DNA of 62,884 nt, filler included, from Phoronis australis (taxonomy: Eukaryota; Animalia; Phoronida): NCBI GenBank assembly GCA_002633005.1. It is 4 parts of 4 records of this genome, joined end to end, with 100 filler letters (N's around TTAATTAATTAA, not from the genome) between each part and the next. Parts side by side here need not be neighbours in the genome. Positions count along the whole stretch, not along the records: positions 1 to 21,223 come from NMRA01000726.1; 3 more parts are not named here. The stretch is one strand, 5' to 3'. This document shows positions 1 to 14,254 of this stretch, piece by piece. Position numbers and translations under genes: made by a program. Within the stretch, counting starts at the first letter, position 1; the number at the start of each line of letters is the position of its first letter. The notes under the pieces were generated by a model. The model was not told the DNA's origin, ran no database searches, and worked only from the letters and a program-made list of their open reading frames with translations.

Positions 1-268
1 CAAAGTGGTATCAGCCTGACAACCTATTACGCAACTGCTACTCTAGCCTAAAAATAGCAGCCGACCAGCTGGTCGGCTGATGGCCGGTCGGCTGAAGGGT
101 CGGCTGAAGGGTCGGCTGGGGAGTCGCCTTATGAGTCGGCACTGCGGGCGGCTGCCGGTCGGCTAATTTTTAGCCGACCGGTCGGCAAATTAGCCGACCG
201 GTCGACGGCTAGTCGTCGACCAATTTCCGACCGGGCGGCCAAAAATTCGTGATGTGTGCTGTACGGTA
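1..268. mobile_element. End of a palindrome-rich non-autonomous DNA transposon (MITE-like), truncated by window start
   Basis: GC-rich cluster of GCCGACCGGTCGGC-type palindromes (e.g. agccgaccagctggtcggct) that stops abruptly at gtgtgctgtacggtac followed by TTAA (269-272), after which sequence is AT-rich. Confidence 0.5.
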
Positions 269-1275
269 CTTAAAGCAGGCAGGATACTGTTCTCTGAGTA
301 GCTATTTTTCACAATTCCTGATTAAATGAATTAAATCTCATACATGGGTGAGGCCGAAATTGTATGAAAGTCAAAACTGTGGCAAATGGCCACACCTACT
401 GGTATGAAAGCCATTTCAAAATTAACTACATAACTTAATGAACGGATACTCTTTTCTAAGTAGCTACGTTTCACATGTTCCGGATTAAAATAAATTCTAA
501 TGAAAAATTAGATATATCTCGTATATGGATAGAACAATAGTCGACGCGATGTCCATCAATGTAAAAAATTGATCACGGAATAGTTTTGCAACAATTTAAG
601 AAGAAAATCCAACCTACGTATCATGAGTTGCGTCCGTCACATAGAGTTACAATAAAGTACTAGAATGCATCTATTTGAATTCTAGATTTCAAAAATTGGA
701 AAGGTCACGAGTAGCTCATGCTTTTTCAGAGCCCCTAAATAAACATAAAGACCGTAATAATGCAATTTCATAAAAATGAAGATGAGACAATCATTGAGAA
801 AATCTCGCATATCAGTCAATGCAGTACTTTAGGCTCAAAAACTGTCGTTTTCAAGCTTGCGCAGATTAAACTTGGTTGGTCTATTTATACAAATAGCGCG
901 TTTTAGTTATACAGTGTGTGCGCTCGTCTTTAAATTTACCTTGTATTCAATGCCTTCAAAAATGTTATCCATCCCTTTCATGAGAACTGCTTCGACTGCA
1001 CAATATTAGCTAACATTTGATCTGCCAATCATCTTACATTATCTGTATAGACATATCAGATGGCCGGATGAGTTTAAAAACCTGACAATTAATTGAAACC
1101 ATCTCACCACTTCAAACTTCTTTAAAACAGACTTCATGCAGTTGATGATATGCTGCGTTCAGTGTATCTCGGGCCAAATTTGTTAGAGTTCTAAAAACAG
1201 AGCCTTCAGACAGTTGTATGTATAGGAGTCAAATATCCATGTAGTAAGTGGAGGTTACAGTTCTTTGGCATTTTA

Positions 1276-1732
1276 TACCCCTGTCACACCAGAGCCACGG
1301 TGCCACTACCGTTTTTGGTCAAAACCGCCATCACCGTAGTGACAACGCCAGTAGTGTACGGTTTTCCCCTACCCATCACACATGTGTTCGCAATGGGATC
1401 GCCGTAGGGTGGCCAGTCTACATTTTCGGCGATTGCACGTCGGTTGTACTGTGGAAGCACGGCGGTGATGGAGGTGCTGCTACGGTCCTTGTAAGGTGTC
1501 GCGGCGATCCCACTGCGGATTGGCCCAACCCGCAGCGGCACTGCGGAAGTTTTGAACAAGTTCAAAGTATCCGTCGTGCCACCGCGAAGGTCCGTGGTTT
1601 TGGCAGTTTTCCGCGGTGCTACTACGATCAGTGGCGAAACCACTGCGGAACCGCGGTGATCATGGCGGTGTCACTGCGGTTTATGCCGTTCAAGCACCTC
1701 AGTGGCACCGTACCTCCGATGTGATGGGAGTA
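1276..1732. mobile_element. PIF/Harbinger-type MITE (457 bp)
   Basis: Imperfect ~31-bp TIRs (TACCCCTGTCACACCAGAGCCACGGTGCCACT vs reverse complement TACTCCCATCACATCGGAGGTACGGTGCCACT); TTA on both sides (1273-1275, 1733-1735); GC-rich interior with many CACCG/CGGTG motifs. Confidence 0.8.
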
Positions 1733-4125
1733 TTAGCGAACAAGTGATTTCTCACTCACTTTTTTGAATTGGTGGCTTTCCATTGATCAAACCGTGTTTT
1801 GTCGTTTGATGCCGACTTCAATTTACAAAAAAGCGAAGTGCTATGACGCTTTTTACTTTAGCGCATTCTCCATTTCGTGGCTGTGTACGCGTGCCACGGG
1901 GCTTAGAACAGTCCATCTACGAGAAATCTGAAAAAACAGAATTCCATGATAAACTCAAATAATATGTAGTGTACGCGTGCACTCTGGATGAGAAGAGATG
2001 GCGCCATCATTATTATTAAACTTTTTTCATACAGCTGTTTTGAATTTGGAATACAACTTTTTAATGAGAAGTCGAAGATTAAGGCGTTTCGATTCACTTT
2101 TAATCGACATGTTGAAATATAGCATTGGTATTTGACAGTTATTTTCCCATTCATCTTACGCCTTCTGGCTTTCACATATTTCTCTGCTAAACTCTTTCTT
2201 TTCAATCGTCTGTTTCTCATCACCGCGTATGTGCTCCGCCGTGTGCCGTTATTAGGCTCCCACCAGATCTTATGCTGTTTGTGTAAGTGTTCCTTTGAAT
2301 CCCCAAATGTTATTGCACTGTAAACATTACCAAGTGACCCAGTGCGCGTAAGAATACTCACTCGTAAAGCATCACACAGGCCCATGGGTCATCTTCAAAA
2401 GCTCAAATGAGCTAAAACCAAATGACTACACGATGTATAGAAAGTATTTGGCCACATTAACTTTGCTATAACACATAGTACCGACAACAAAAACATCCCG
2501 AAAGTGACAGTGCCGAAACCTTAACACGCGCGTTAGAATTAACATGTACACGAATGCACATGCATGTACATAGTGGCTGGTGGAATCCAATTGACTAAAA
2601 CATTTAACCATATCAAACCTCACAGATTAAAAATGGGAGGTGGTTCGAACTTTTGAGAATGTGGACCTTTTAGTAAAATTCACGGTGGGTATGCTTAGAG
2701 CTATGAATGAATTTGGCATTTGCTGCCCAGTGGACTTTTATATCGTTTTCTACTTTTTTCGGAGTTTTCGTTTCTCTGAGATGGATTTTTGCCCACTTCA
2801 CCAAATGGGGGAGGGGTCCTTTGAGTCCCCGAGTTCCCCCCCTGGGTGCGCAATTAAGTGCTTAAAGCACATCCTGACACCATCTTTACACTGTTTTTTT
2901 AAAAAGCCGCAGGCCGACTTTATTTAACAGAGAAAATCTATCTGTAGAGGAACCGGAACTGATTTTTTTGTCTCCGACTAATTGAGTGGTGATGAAGATG
3001 ACAATGAGGAGCTGGAATTCACCTGTGATTTGCTAAACCTCGAATGTTGGTTTGAGCGTGCAGGACTGAAAGCCTTGTGCAACGATTAAATTAAGAGGAT
3101 AGGCCTGTTTCACTTGAATAGCCTTTCAGGTAAATGGAAGTCCACTTTGCTGAGCCCACACTAGGCCTATGGTATCTTCAAATACGAACAAGGACTGTTT
3201 GAGAAAATCAGAGTACTGGATAGCTCTAACTTGGGTGGCTATCCAGTGAAGTTTGACACTGCATTACATATCAGCTGTTGTTGGAGAGTATATATTATGC
3301 GAAAGAGTGCCTTGTTTCGATGATCCCATGGGCGGCGCTGCCCATGTCGGGAAGTGCGCCACACGATAGGGGGCTATCATGACAGCGTTTTCCCATTCAA
3401 TAACTTTACTAGACGTAGGGGGGCCTGAGCATGTGATCACATCTTGTTTCTTTGTTAACTGCCAATCACACTCTTCTGTCTGTTACGACAACAAGCAAGC
3501 CATATTATCTACCAGGTTTATTTCAGACCACGTGTGAACACAGTCAAACTCACAGTGAATTGGTGTATTCGTAAAGAATAGAGTGTCGTAACTTCGGTTG
3601 TAGTTGGGTGATTTTGGCGATTCAAAACCTAAAGATGATCACCATTTAACGAAGATTTCAGAAATGCTATTGGTTGATGTTCAAACATGTTATAACTTAA
3701 CAAAGAAGGACTAAAAAATACATGAATGTTTTTATGCGAGAAGTAGCTAAAGAAGACTTAAGGAATGATGCAATGCGAGGACAGAATGCCAGGTACAAAC
3801 GTCAGTTCACAGTTCTTGTCATATTGGGTTAACTGCTGAATCCCCTACAATAGTCCTATATAACATGCAAAATTCTGAGAACCACTTTGCCGGTTGCAGC
3901 AGTGCCTTGCTGTTTGCTTGGTGCTAGTTTTGAGCTGTGCTATAGAGAAGTGGTATATGAACATCGTTATTTAAACTTTGCTTCAGTTTTGTAAATGAAA
4001 GCTATGTGAATTTTTCATTCATTTTTATGAAATTTACAGTTTTCAGGGCTCGTCGCTATTAAAATCGCCAGGTCGCATTTTGCGACCTAGCCAAAATCCC
4101 AGGTCGCATTTTCAAAATCCAACTN

Positions 4126-4265
4126 TAGCCCCAGAAACAAGTAAAGGGTTTGAGAATTTCTTGGCAACTGAAAGTAAAGACGTGACCATCGTTTGGCGAT
4201 TAATAAGTTTGTCATTTTCACTTTGGCTGTCTTAATACGATAAAAAGGAGCACATCTCGTCTGCC
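4126..4265 (+). repeat. 140-bp exact direct repeat, copy 1 (copy 2 at 5471-5610)
   Basis: tagccccagaaacaag...catctcgtctgcc occurs twice; copy 1 begins right after n4125, copy 2 ends right before n5611. Confidence 0.9.
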
Positions 4266-5470
4266 TTACCGTTCTTCACGACCGCCATTGAAAGACTCTA
4301 GAGCGCAAGGCAAGTTGCCGACATGAAAGTTGAATCAGTGCTCTCTAACTGACTTGTGCATTCGAGTAGCTAAATTTGCGACGTGAAAAGGGAGGAAATG
4401 CCCGTTGAAAAAGTATCCAGGATTTTGTTAGATCTGGCCTGCTCCTGGCTGTCATCAAAGTCGTTAACGATTCAAACTAACTCAGGTAATGGCGAGTTTG
4501 CTCCTCAATACCTTCCAAGTACGGGAAAAATAGGTCAGTCACAAAACGATACTAGTGTTAACTTTCTTTCCGAGGTATAAAACAAAGCTGGGATTTGGTT
4601 TTTACATATTGTAAAAAGACGTTTTTGAAAACTGAAGTTGTGTAAAATGAAAGTGACACACCATATAAGCTGCGTGACAATTTTAAACCACACGCGGTTG
4701 TTTGTAGTGCGCTATGATGGGCGCTAGCTTGAACTGTGGGCGCTAAATTGGAAAATCTCAAAATTTAAGGGAGGACATTTAATAGATCAGTGAGTGCTTA
4801 TTATGAAACACTTTAAAGGTAGGGAGTGGGCTTGTGCGTGAGCATAGTCGTTAACCTCAGTGTTTGCGGTAATAAGATATTAAAATGATGCAATGGTATG
4901 AAACGTTATAATAATACGATTTTGCGAGGCAAACTCCATCTAGAAGGGATCACTTTCTGGATATCGTTACCACCTACATTGTACCCTTTTTAGACACCCG
5001 GAAAGATTTTGTTTGTAACTGCCCGCTTCAGCCGGAACAAGATTGTTTCTATAGGAGTCTGAACATTTTACGGCGACGGTGGTTAGGGGAGCGAAAAGTT
5101 GCCGGGAGGTTTATAAAAAGAATGAAGAGTTCGCTAACTTGAACGACAATTTCGCACCTAGTGCCAGTTTAGTTGCAATAGCTGGCTACGGGCATAGAAT
5201 ACAGGATCTACAGAACATCGACCTCGGGAAACATCGGAACAAGAAAACGTCAGTTCTGGGTTATATCGGTCCCGGGACCGACATTGGGTCTTTTATAACC
5301 GCTGGGAATCTGAGTTCATTTTCAAATAAACCAGGGCCAAGCCAGTATACTCTTTCATTTAGGACTGTCGCTGTTCTTTGAAGTGGTGCGCACGCGTGTG
5401 TTCACGCACTTGAATCGCTGGAGTAGGCCTACACTTAACGTTAGCAACAACAAATCATATTTCGCGCACG

Positions 5471-5610
5471 TAGCCCCAGAAACAAGTAAAGGGTTTGAGA
5501 ATTTCTTGGCAACTGAAAGTAAAGACGTGACCATCGTTTGGCGATTAATAAGTTTGTCATTTTCACTTTGGCTGTCTTAATACGATAAAAAGGAGCACAT
5601 CTCGTCTGCC
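5471..5610 (+). repeat. 140-bp exact direct repeat, copy 2
   Basis: Same sequence as 4126-4265; bounded by n5611. Confidence 0.9.
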
Positions 5611-8600
5611 NCATCCATTCAGCCAAAAGTAGTTCCAGAGGTGGCTTATCAGCCAATTATTCACGCATGCTGACTCACAATAGAAGCCTGATAAGAGTGA
5701 AGGTGGATAAATGCGGTGTTCCTACAGTTTCTTGTTTTAGTGGATGTGTTCACGACATGCATAGCACGATGTCGGAGACATAGTATTCACAAAGGTATTT
5801 CTGCATGTCACACTATGTTGTTGGCATGACATCTCTAAAGGGAATCTATTTTTTCATATTTTGCACTGAGATGTAGGTGGGACATCTCCAAGCGCCATTT
5901 GATATTGTTTTGAATAGGGATTCTGCCATGCTCTTAAATTCCCCTTGTATTTTCACAAACATTATTAATAGTTGAGTTTTGTGAAGCAGTTGCCAGGCTT
6001 ATTTTTCGTGTCATGGTTTGCTCATTTCTTTTTGGTCTGGCCCTCTGGTTCATTTCTAATGTTGAGGACCAGGCCATTGACTTGTTGCTGCTGTTAGTTT
6101 TGTAATTGATCTCATCTTAAACAAGTGTTGTATAATATTAAAAGGGTTTTGTAAAGTACACTATTGTACATAGTTCATTAATACTTAGACTTATTGTACA
6201 CTCTGCACATGCCATGCTGATGTTTAGTGTATACTTTGTTTCAGTGATTATTAAGTAATTCTGATGTTGATATAAGTTGATGCAATGTGAAGTTTCACTT
6301 TGTATTAAAATAATAAGACATAAACATCTCTCTGCCTGTTGCATGTAACAGATGTGTTGATGGCTTTGCTTCAACATATCTTGGCCACAAATTCGGCAGC
6401 AGTCAAGCTATATTCTTTACACCTTCCCTTGCTGGTAATGTTTGTTTTGAAAAAAATAAAAGTGAGAGGGGGGAGAGATCTCTTATTTATGCTGCTGCTG
6501 CAATAAAGAATTCTCTTAGCCCAGAAATTAAATGCCCCAATTCAATTAATACTGTTAAACTTAATAGTAAAAAGTGGTTTTAATTTACTTACCCATTCTT
6601 ACACTTTATCTTTCTTAATTATGTCATTATTCATTATTGTTCATGCACTCACTATTTAGTATCATCTCTTTATTTCATCTCTCCTGGTCAAAATTTCACC
6701 CTTAACCTGTTATTAATTGCTGCTTTGTTACCTGTATCTAATTATTGTTTTATGTATTATATTCTACTGTACTGCATCCTGATGTTGAAGGCCCCTTAAA
6801 AGCATATTTTGGCTAAAAACAAATGTGATTAAAGATATGCATTGGTTTCTTCTATTATCACAATTGTAATGGTCTGTTTTGACCTTGTTGTTGGTGTTGT
6901 TGCCGTTGTTCACATATGCGCTGATTTTAAAGTTCGTACTCATATTTTGTCCCAAACAAATGCAATTAAAGGTATGCATAAATTTTTCTATCATCACAAT
7001 GGTACTGGTATGTTTTTACCTTCAACAATAAGTATTTTGTTGATCATATTTTGTTAACTTGGAAGCTCATAACCTAAACGTGTACATTATGTAAGTTGAG
7101 GTATTTACATATTTTGATGGGCAGCATTTACAGATGTGTATTTTTTAACAGATCTCACTTTGTCCCTAGGTTCTCAATATTATCTTTTATAAACTAGAGT
7201 ATTATACAGTCATGTTTATTTTCTGGGTAAAGTTGTTTCCTTTTTCCTATCATATCTATTTGTATGCATGTTTTAAAAATAAAAACTTGCATGATTGGAT
7301 ATATTGCTTATCTTTCATATTACTTCATTTATTGTAAAATAATTGCAATGTAAGTGCAACCAACCTATTGGGATGTAACGTTTCTACAAAATTCGTTCTC
7401 AGCCATTGTAACTACCATATAACAGGTTTCTGGTTCCTCCATATGAAAATCCAGGTCAAAAAGAAGGTCACAAGTAGTCCTATTCAGTTGGAGAATTTTA
7501 TGATGCTTTCTTAACTGAGGCAGGTCAGCCAGATGGCTCTCTATTGTGTTGGCAGGGAATGGGGTAATTGAAACTTACGCTTCAGTTAACAAATCTAATT
7601 GGGTTTTGGCTTGAATTTTCAGCAGGGAAGCGAGAAATTACCATAACCAAGAGCGCTGATCTCCCTCTCCTCCACTACCAAGATAAACATTTTGTCTTGT
7701 AAAAGTGTGATTTCAGGAGTAGTGATGGACATAAAACGAAACATTCGCTTGCTATTTTTATGACTCTGAATCGAAATATGAATGTCGTTTGCTTTGCAGC
7801 GCGACTTGATTTGAGCTGACTGAGGTCACACGCGAGTAGGTTTCCCGAAATTAATTTTTATTGTCAAGTAGCGAAAGCATTCGCCAAGTTGGGAATGAAC
7901 TTATTTCTACCATTGCCAGTGCCGCTCAGAATTCGCCAGTGGCGAGTGGCTTGAGCAAGCCTAGCACATTTACTCGTTAAAAATTTTTAGTCCTACTTTT
8001 CTTGAATAACAATTTTTCTAAATGCCAACAGGTATCATATATAAAATGACCCTCATTCTTATACGAATTCTAGCTTATGGTCTTTGAAGAGACGTGAGGA
8101 TCGTATGGCGGGTTGTTTTTGCATTGGTCCATTATGTTGAAAGTTTACATCGTAGTGCACATACCAAGCATACCAAGGCTTACCTGAAGTGATAATTTCA
8201 TGCAAAAGGTCAATCGTTATACCTGTTTCATTGCACTAGTTGAATCTTCCAAAAGAGCAAATAAGTTTAAATACTGAAGTTTGAGTTATTCTGAATTCCT
8301 ATCTTAGTCACAACAAACAGCTTATTACAGAAAAACCATATTGAAAAAAGATTTTTAAAATTTCCAATATTCCCTTATGTCTGTCACGGTCCAGAAAAGG
8401 CAAATTTCTTTGACAGAAAACTCTGAAAGATACCATTGAGACACAACAAAAGTGTTTTCCTAGGATAAGCGTTTTTGACAATGGATCAAGATATTCTCTG
8501 ATTTTACATTGGTTACAAACAGAATTGCCCATGTTGTTTATTACAGACAGCCTTTCATGATGGCTTTGCTGTTGGTGAAATTTTGTGCCACAACCCAATT

Positions 8601-8915
8601 TAATCTATGTACTGAATTTAAATTTTTAATTACTCCTACACTACACTACAACATGTTGCATGAAATATTCACCAGATAATGATTCATTCAAGCAAATGGA
8701 ATATGTTCAATTTTCCGACAAAATGGAGGTGTAGAATGGGATAACAGATATGACCAGACAGGCCAAAGAAATCTCTTAATTCAATGGGCCATTGTGTTTG
8801 CAGCATAAGGCACACCTGTTTCTTAATTGATTGCTCAAGTGGTAGTGGTTTTCTAGTTGGCCAAGGTTTATTATGCAACTAACATCAAGAATCTACAATC
8901 GATGAAATGTAAGCA

Positions 8916-9442
8916 TTTTATGCACTCACATATTTATATGTGAGCACATTATGCCATCATCACTGTTTGTCCGGCGTATGTTGCTCTACAAAATCCTCAG
9001 ATGTATATTCCTGAAATTTTGCAGGTTTTCATTCATAGATGGGAAGGCATGAGCCTGAGCGAAGTTTTAGACGGATCCTACTGCTGGTGTGCCCCCTAGT
9101 AGCCCTTTTAGTTCTTTTCATTTACCTCTATATCTTCAAAAGTCCCTAGCGAATTTTCATAAAATTTGGTAGATTGGCTATGTAAGTGAGATGAAGTTAT
9201 TTGCCCACTTTTGGATGGATTAGATGTATTTTGCACCACTTAGTGTTTAGTGTCCATTTTTATTGTTTTCGGTATAGTTTTCTTATAATTTGGGAGACTG
9301 TGACATTTTCCCACTTTGGGATGTGTTCATTTTTTTCTGTGCTGTCTAATTGCCATTTTTATAGTACTAATACATACCTCTAAAAGTCTACCATTTGTGG
9401 TGCTATTGTGGGCACATTTCAATGCTCCACGTTGCTGTTGTT
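8916..9442 (+). mobile_element. Helentron-associated (DINE-1/HINE-like) non-autonomous element, diverged copy
   Basis: Starts ttttatgcactcacatatttatatgtgagcacattatgcc and ends gggcacatttcaatgctccacgttgctgttgtt; shares the ggatcc...gtgtgccccctagt core with copies at 25026 and 60012. Confidence 0.65.
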
Positions 9443-12433
9443 TGTGCCATTATTTTACAGAATATTTTTTCTATGTTGTATTACTGTGACCTATGCTGAC
9501 ATGACATGTAAATTACTATGTTGCCTGGTCTCTAATGGTAATTTCTCTGCTCCTTTTGAGCAAACTCAGGATAAGAGGTTATCAGACTGTGCTCGAATAC
9601 ATTATAGTTGATGCAGTTTCTAGTCCAAGTTTGCTCTTGAAGACCCTTGTATTTGTGCTACAAACTCGAGTAAAAACTCTAAATTTTGAGTTCAAGCTCG
9701 AACTTTTAGCCTTGATGTTGGGCTTATCAACTGCAAACTTAAGGCCTAATAAATTATCTGCTTAATAAGTCATTATGTATACAAGCATAGAATAATAGAC
9801 ACTTATCTTAAGTTTGCACAAAAGTAGACTAGAAAATGCCAAACATAATTTCAAGTCCATTTCGAGTAAAAAGATTAGAGACTGGGCAATTGGTTTGTTT
9901 CCTTAAGGTATACTTTTATCACTGTCCATTTTCAGATCCAGCTGACGAGAAACCACTGAAGAAAATCATGGAGTTGCCAAGACCCAGAAGAACAAGAACC
10001 AGAATTTTTGCCATGCACTGAGGAACATAGTAGACCAATAAGAGCTGGAAATATTCTGTGTTGACACTACCGACCAAAAGAAACTGGAAATAAGCATGCG
10101 TTCCTACTGGGAAGACAACAGCTGGCTTGAATTGTCATACAAAACTAACTACTTTGCCATCCCCTTGTGGCCATTTTTGTGGGGGAAGCTCCCTTGTGTA
10201 CTCAATAGCTTGCAGGATCTTCCTAAAAGTTGTTATCCTTTTCCAATCAAGATGGTAACTGACTATGGTTAATTTTTGCATCTGATTTTTTCCATCTGCC
10301 TCTCAGTCTTCCAAACAGTTCCAACAATCTCTATGAATTTTGACGTGTGCATGCAAAGAAAACCTTTATTGACATAGTTTTTGAATGGATCATACGACAG
10401 TAGCCTATATTCTTATTTGAAGGAGTCTGATAACTTTGGTGCCCCCACGTGGCATTCAATATATTTTTGAAGTGCTCTTAACACCCCTAGAAAACACTTT
10501 GTGTACGGTGAAGATGTGGATGCATGTCAATGCCCTGTGTTATTGTTTTTGATCAAAACTGTCAATTTAAAATGCCCTATTAAAATGTTTATTTCACATT
10601 ATTGTCTCAATCAAGATTTAGAAATTGGTAAAACTTTTGTATCAGCGTTAAAATACTAATGTGGAACTTATGTGCATGACATTCAAAGTGCTGGTGTAAG
10701 AACAGATGTTTAATTAAAAAGTCAGTGTTATTCACTGACTTGATTTTCATATTTATAGTTGTTTTCTAGTTCGGATTTCTAGTTTATAGTTGTTGTGATA
10801 CAACTTTCAGTCAGCGTATGTTTCTCATTGTCGTAGGCTTGCACGTCTCTAGGTGTGATTGAAAATTTCTTTTGATGTGTGATCATAATTGAAATTACAT
10901 TTTGAAATTATGCTGCTCAAGTATGTTACATTGAGTGAATATAGCACTTCTTGGGTTACTTGTCTCTGGGCAAAAACAAGCCAAATTATACAATCAAAAA
11001 TCCGCAAGTTCAGTAAGTGATGCTCGGACATAAAGAAACATTGAACTTGTTTTCTCATATTTCCTTCCATGCTAATGAATGTGCATGTTGTAGGACCATT
11101 GAACTTACTCAGTAATAAGTAATTGTCGTTTTCCTGTAGGTTTTATGACATTTTGATAAGCTTTACGACATTTCGTCTTGTGTTAGTGTTTATTGATGCA
11201 TAATAAAATACATAATGAACACAGATCTTCCGTTTTTCATGAAAGACGCTTTACACTTCTTTAGGTAGATTGTAGACATTTGCCATTGTTTCAGTGGGTA
11301 CACTCATTGATGATATTGTTGAATTTCACGCAGGGTCTAAAGATTGTTTCATGAAACATTGAAGAATATAAACTCTTCAGTTGTAAAGTACTAGTTCATT
11401 TCTGTGACACAATGTTGACAAGTGGATCGTGGTCTTGGTGCAGTAGAGCAGGCAGAATCTTGAATGTGTTATTTTATTGGGATTTGTGTGATTATTTGAG
11501 ACCTGTCAGGAAACGCTAGTGGTATACCCTATATATATATATATATATACTAAGAGAACTATACAGATCCGGGGCATTTTTATATATGAGACCTTTACTG
11601 TGGGGTTACGAAAAATTGTGGGGTATATATAATGCCCCACAATTTCAGACCTATTAGAAACTGTTATTTGACAGGCACAGTTTCTCGACGTGTATTTTCT
11701 CAACAACTTGGTTTCATAAGGACATCCTATATATAACTCTGAAAAGGCTCTCCCAAAAGATGTCACTGCTATTATGAGTGCCCTGCTTCAGAGTGCCATA
11801 TGTGACCTACATTGGTACAGTGTTATGTAATGGCCATACAGGATATTAAGTTACTTGACCTTCCACTATAACAAGCCTCTGAGGTTTTGATTTTAGTGTT
11901 TTAGAGTTGGAGTTGAGACAAGTTTTACTTCGTTTTATCTGCAACGAGTATGTTTGTGTAGAAGATGATATATTCAAGACCTAAGTCTATGGTAAGTCTT
12001 TCAAATTTCTTAATATTTTGATTATTTAAGTTATTGCAAAATGTTGGCATAATGGATGGTTAACATGCATTTGGCAGTGTCCTAGAAACTATTTCTAATG
12101 CAGAAGATGCGGCCAAATACTCGCATCTGTCCTTCCTAAAAACATTTCAAAATCTAATCACCCCTTTATTATGAGCTGAAGAATTCCTTTTACTATAAAA
12201 CTCCAGAGAGTTTTAGATTACTATGCTTTATATCGCTGAGAATAATTGCACTTAGTAGGATTTTCCAGATACACTGCGATATGGTGCCTTTTCTGACAGA
12301 ATTCCTTACAAATGGGTGCCCTTTCAGTAGCGATTTTCCTACGAAATTCGTCCATTTTGTGGACCGAAACGCTACATAAGGCCCTCTAAGATGGAGTCCC
12401 TGTATCAAATAAATAAGCATTAATTAGGCATGT

Positions 12434-14254
12434 ATGTAACAAATTCTAATAAGAAGCAAATCAGCATATGTACATAAAAACTTTTACACTTTGATCTGGT
12501 TCAATTCTACATGCCAAGCACAAACTTTTCCTTACAAAATATTTTACACTTCAAACAAGCCTGGAAAATTAGCGACCAAAGGTAAAGATATGCTGTGCTG
12601 CTTGCCCAGTTCTTTAAATGTGGGTATCTTCTTAATGTAGCATGAAACAGTTCATGTTTTCACATTGCTTCAATGTGATTGATCTAGTATCAACCTTAGA
12701 TCATTTTCAACCCTTAAATGAACCATTTGAAATCAGTGACTGAAAACCAAATCTCAAACTTGAAACGGGAAATTCTAGGGTAAAATAATTTACTGAAGTT
12801 ATTTTCTCTGGGTTGCCAAAATGTATAGGTTCTCAAATCTTTACTAACTATGTGACTAGAATGTGTTTTCACTAAACATATTTTCTGTTTTCATTAAAAT
12901 GACGGCACAAACACCAGACCAGACCATGTGAAAAAATACCTAAAAATACCTTTGAATTCTCTTAGTAACTTTGGTGTCCGCTTAATAGACTCAATAATTA
13001 AGGGATGGTTGGTCCAAAGATTCTGTGGCTCGAATGGTCAATACTCCGAAGAGTTAAGGGGAAACTTATCTTACAGTGTACGTTAGTAACTCGACAGTCA
13101 TCTAGAATAATTTGCAACATTAAACTAAGTGTTCGTAGCTTATTACGAAATTTTGAAAGATGCAGAATATGATGTAAAATTATCTGAAATCTTGAAGACA
13201 TTTAATTCTGTAGATTACGGAATAANTTTTTTCCAAGTTGGTTTACTCGGGGCTTACACTCGCTGGTGGTGCCGTTTTTGTCTTTTTTTTAATTTTTGAG
13301 TCCTGGCCCGAGGGGGGTTTAAACCCCCTGAACCCCCCCGTAGATCCGCCACTGATGTAACAAATTCTAACTTTGATAAGAAGCAAATCGGCATATGTAC
13401 TAGCATTTACACTAAACCATATCTTGAGGCATTGAGTTAAATCGCTCATAAAACTTTTACACTTTGATCTGGTTTAATTCTACATGCCAAGCACAAACTT
13501 TTCCTTACAAAATATTTTACACTTCAAACAAGCCTGGAAAATTAGCGACCAAAGATATAGATATGCTGTGTTGCTTGCCCAGTTCTTTAGATGTGAGTAT
13601 CTTCTTAATGTAGCATGAAACAGTTCATGTTTTCACACTGCTTCAATGTGAATGATCTAGTATCAACCTTAGATCATTTTCAACCCTTAAATGAACCGTT
13701 TGAAATCAGTGACTGAAAACCAAATCTCAAACTTGAAACGGGAAATTCTAGGGTAAAATAATTTACTGAAGTTATTTTCTCTGGGTTGCCAAAATATACA
13801 GGTTCTCAAATCTTTACTAACTATGTGACTAGAATGTGTTTTCACTAAACATATTTTCTGTTGTCATTAAAAGGACGGCACAAACACCAGACCAGAAAAT
13901 GTGGAAAAATACCTAAAAATATCTTTGAATTCCCTTAGTAACTTTGATGTCCGCTTAACATACTCAATAATTAAGGGATGGTTGGTCCAAAGGTTCTGTG
14001 GCTCGATTGGTCATTACTCCGAAGAGTTAAGGGGAAACTTATCTTACGTTACCAACTCGATAGTCACCAAGGATAATTTGCAACATTAAACTAAGTGTTT
14101 GTAGCTTGTTCAGGTTGTTCATTAAATAACCACGATTTCAAGAAAGAGAGCCTTGCCTGCTTTACAGAGCTTTACGGAATTTTGAAAGATGCAGAATATG
14201 ATGTAAAATTATCTGAAATTTTGAAGACATTTAATTCTGTAGATTACGGAATAA
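12434..14254 (+). repeat. Near-tandem ~0.8-0.9 kb duplication (12434-13225 and 13355-14254)
   Basis: Both copies run from atgtaacaaattctaa to tagattacggaataa with scattered substitutions and a few indels; separated by n13226 and a ~130-bp MITE end. Confidence 0.9.
13227..13354 (-). mobile_element. Terminus of a hAT-like MITE
   Basis: Reverse complement begins CAGTGGCGGATCTACGGGGGGGTTCAGGGGGTTTAAACCCCC, a typical CAG-initiated, G-run-rich hAT MITE end. Confidence 0.55.

Noticed and set aside
1248-1724. Overlapping 158-aa and 119-aa ORFs
   Set aside because: Lie within a GC-rich MITE where stops are rare; no recognisable domain.
5079-5381. 100-aa ORF with PGPSQY, reminiscent of a SHIPPO/ODF3 repeat
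   Set aside because: Single short motif, non-ATG start, no splice support.
4126-5610. 140-bp perfect direct repeats resembling LTRs or a long TSD
   Set aside because: No TG...CA ends, PBS or retroelement coding between them; both outer edges coincide with single n characters, pointing to an assembly overlap artefact.
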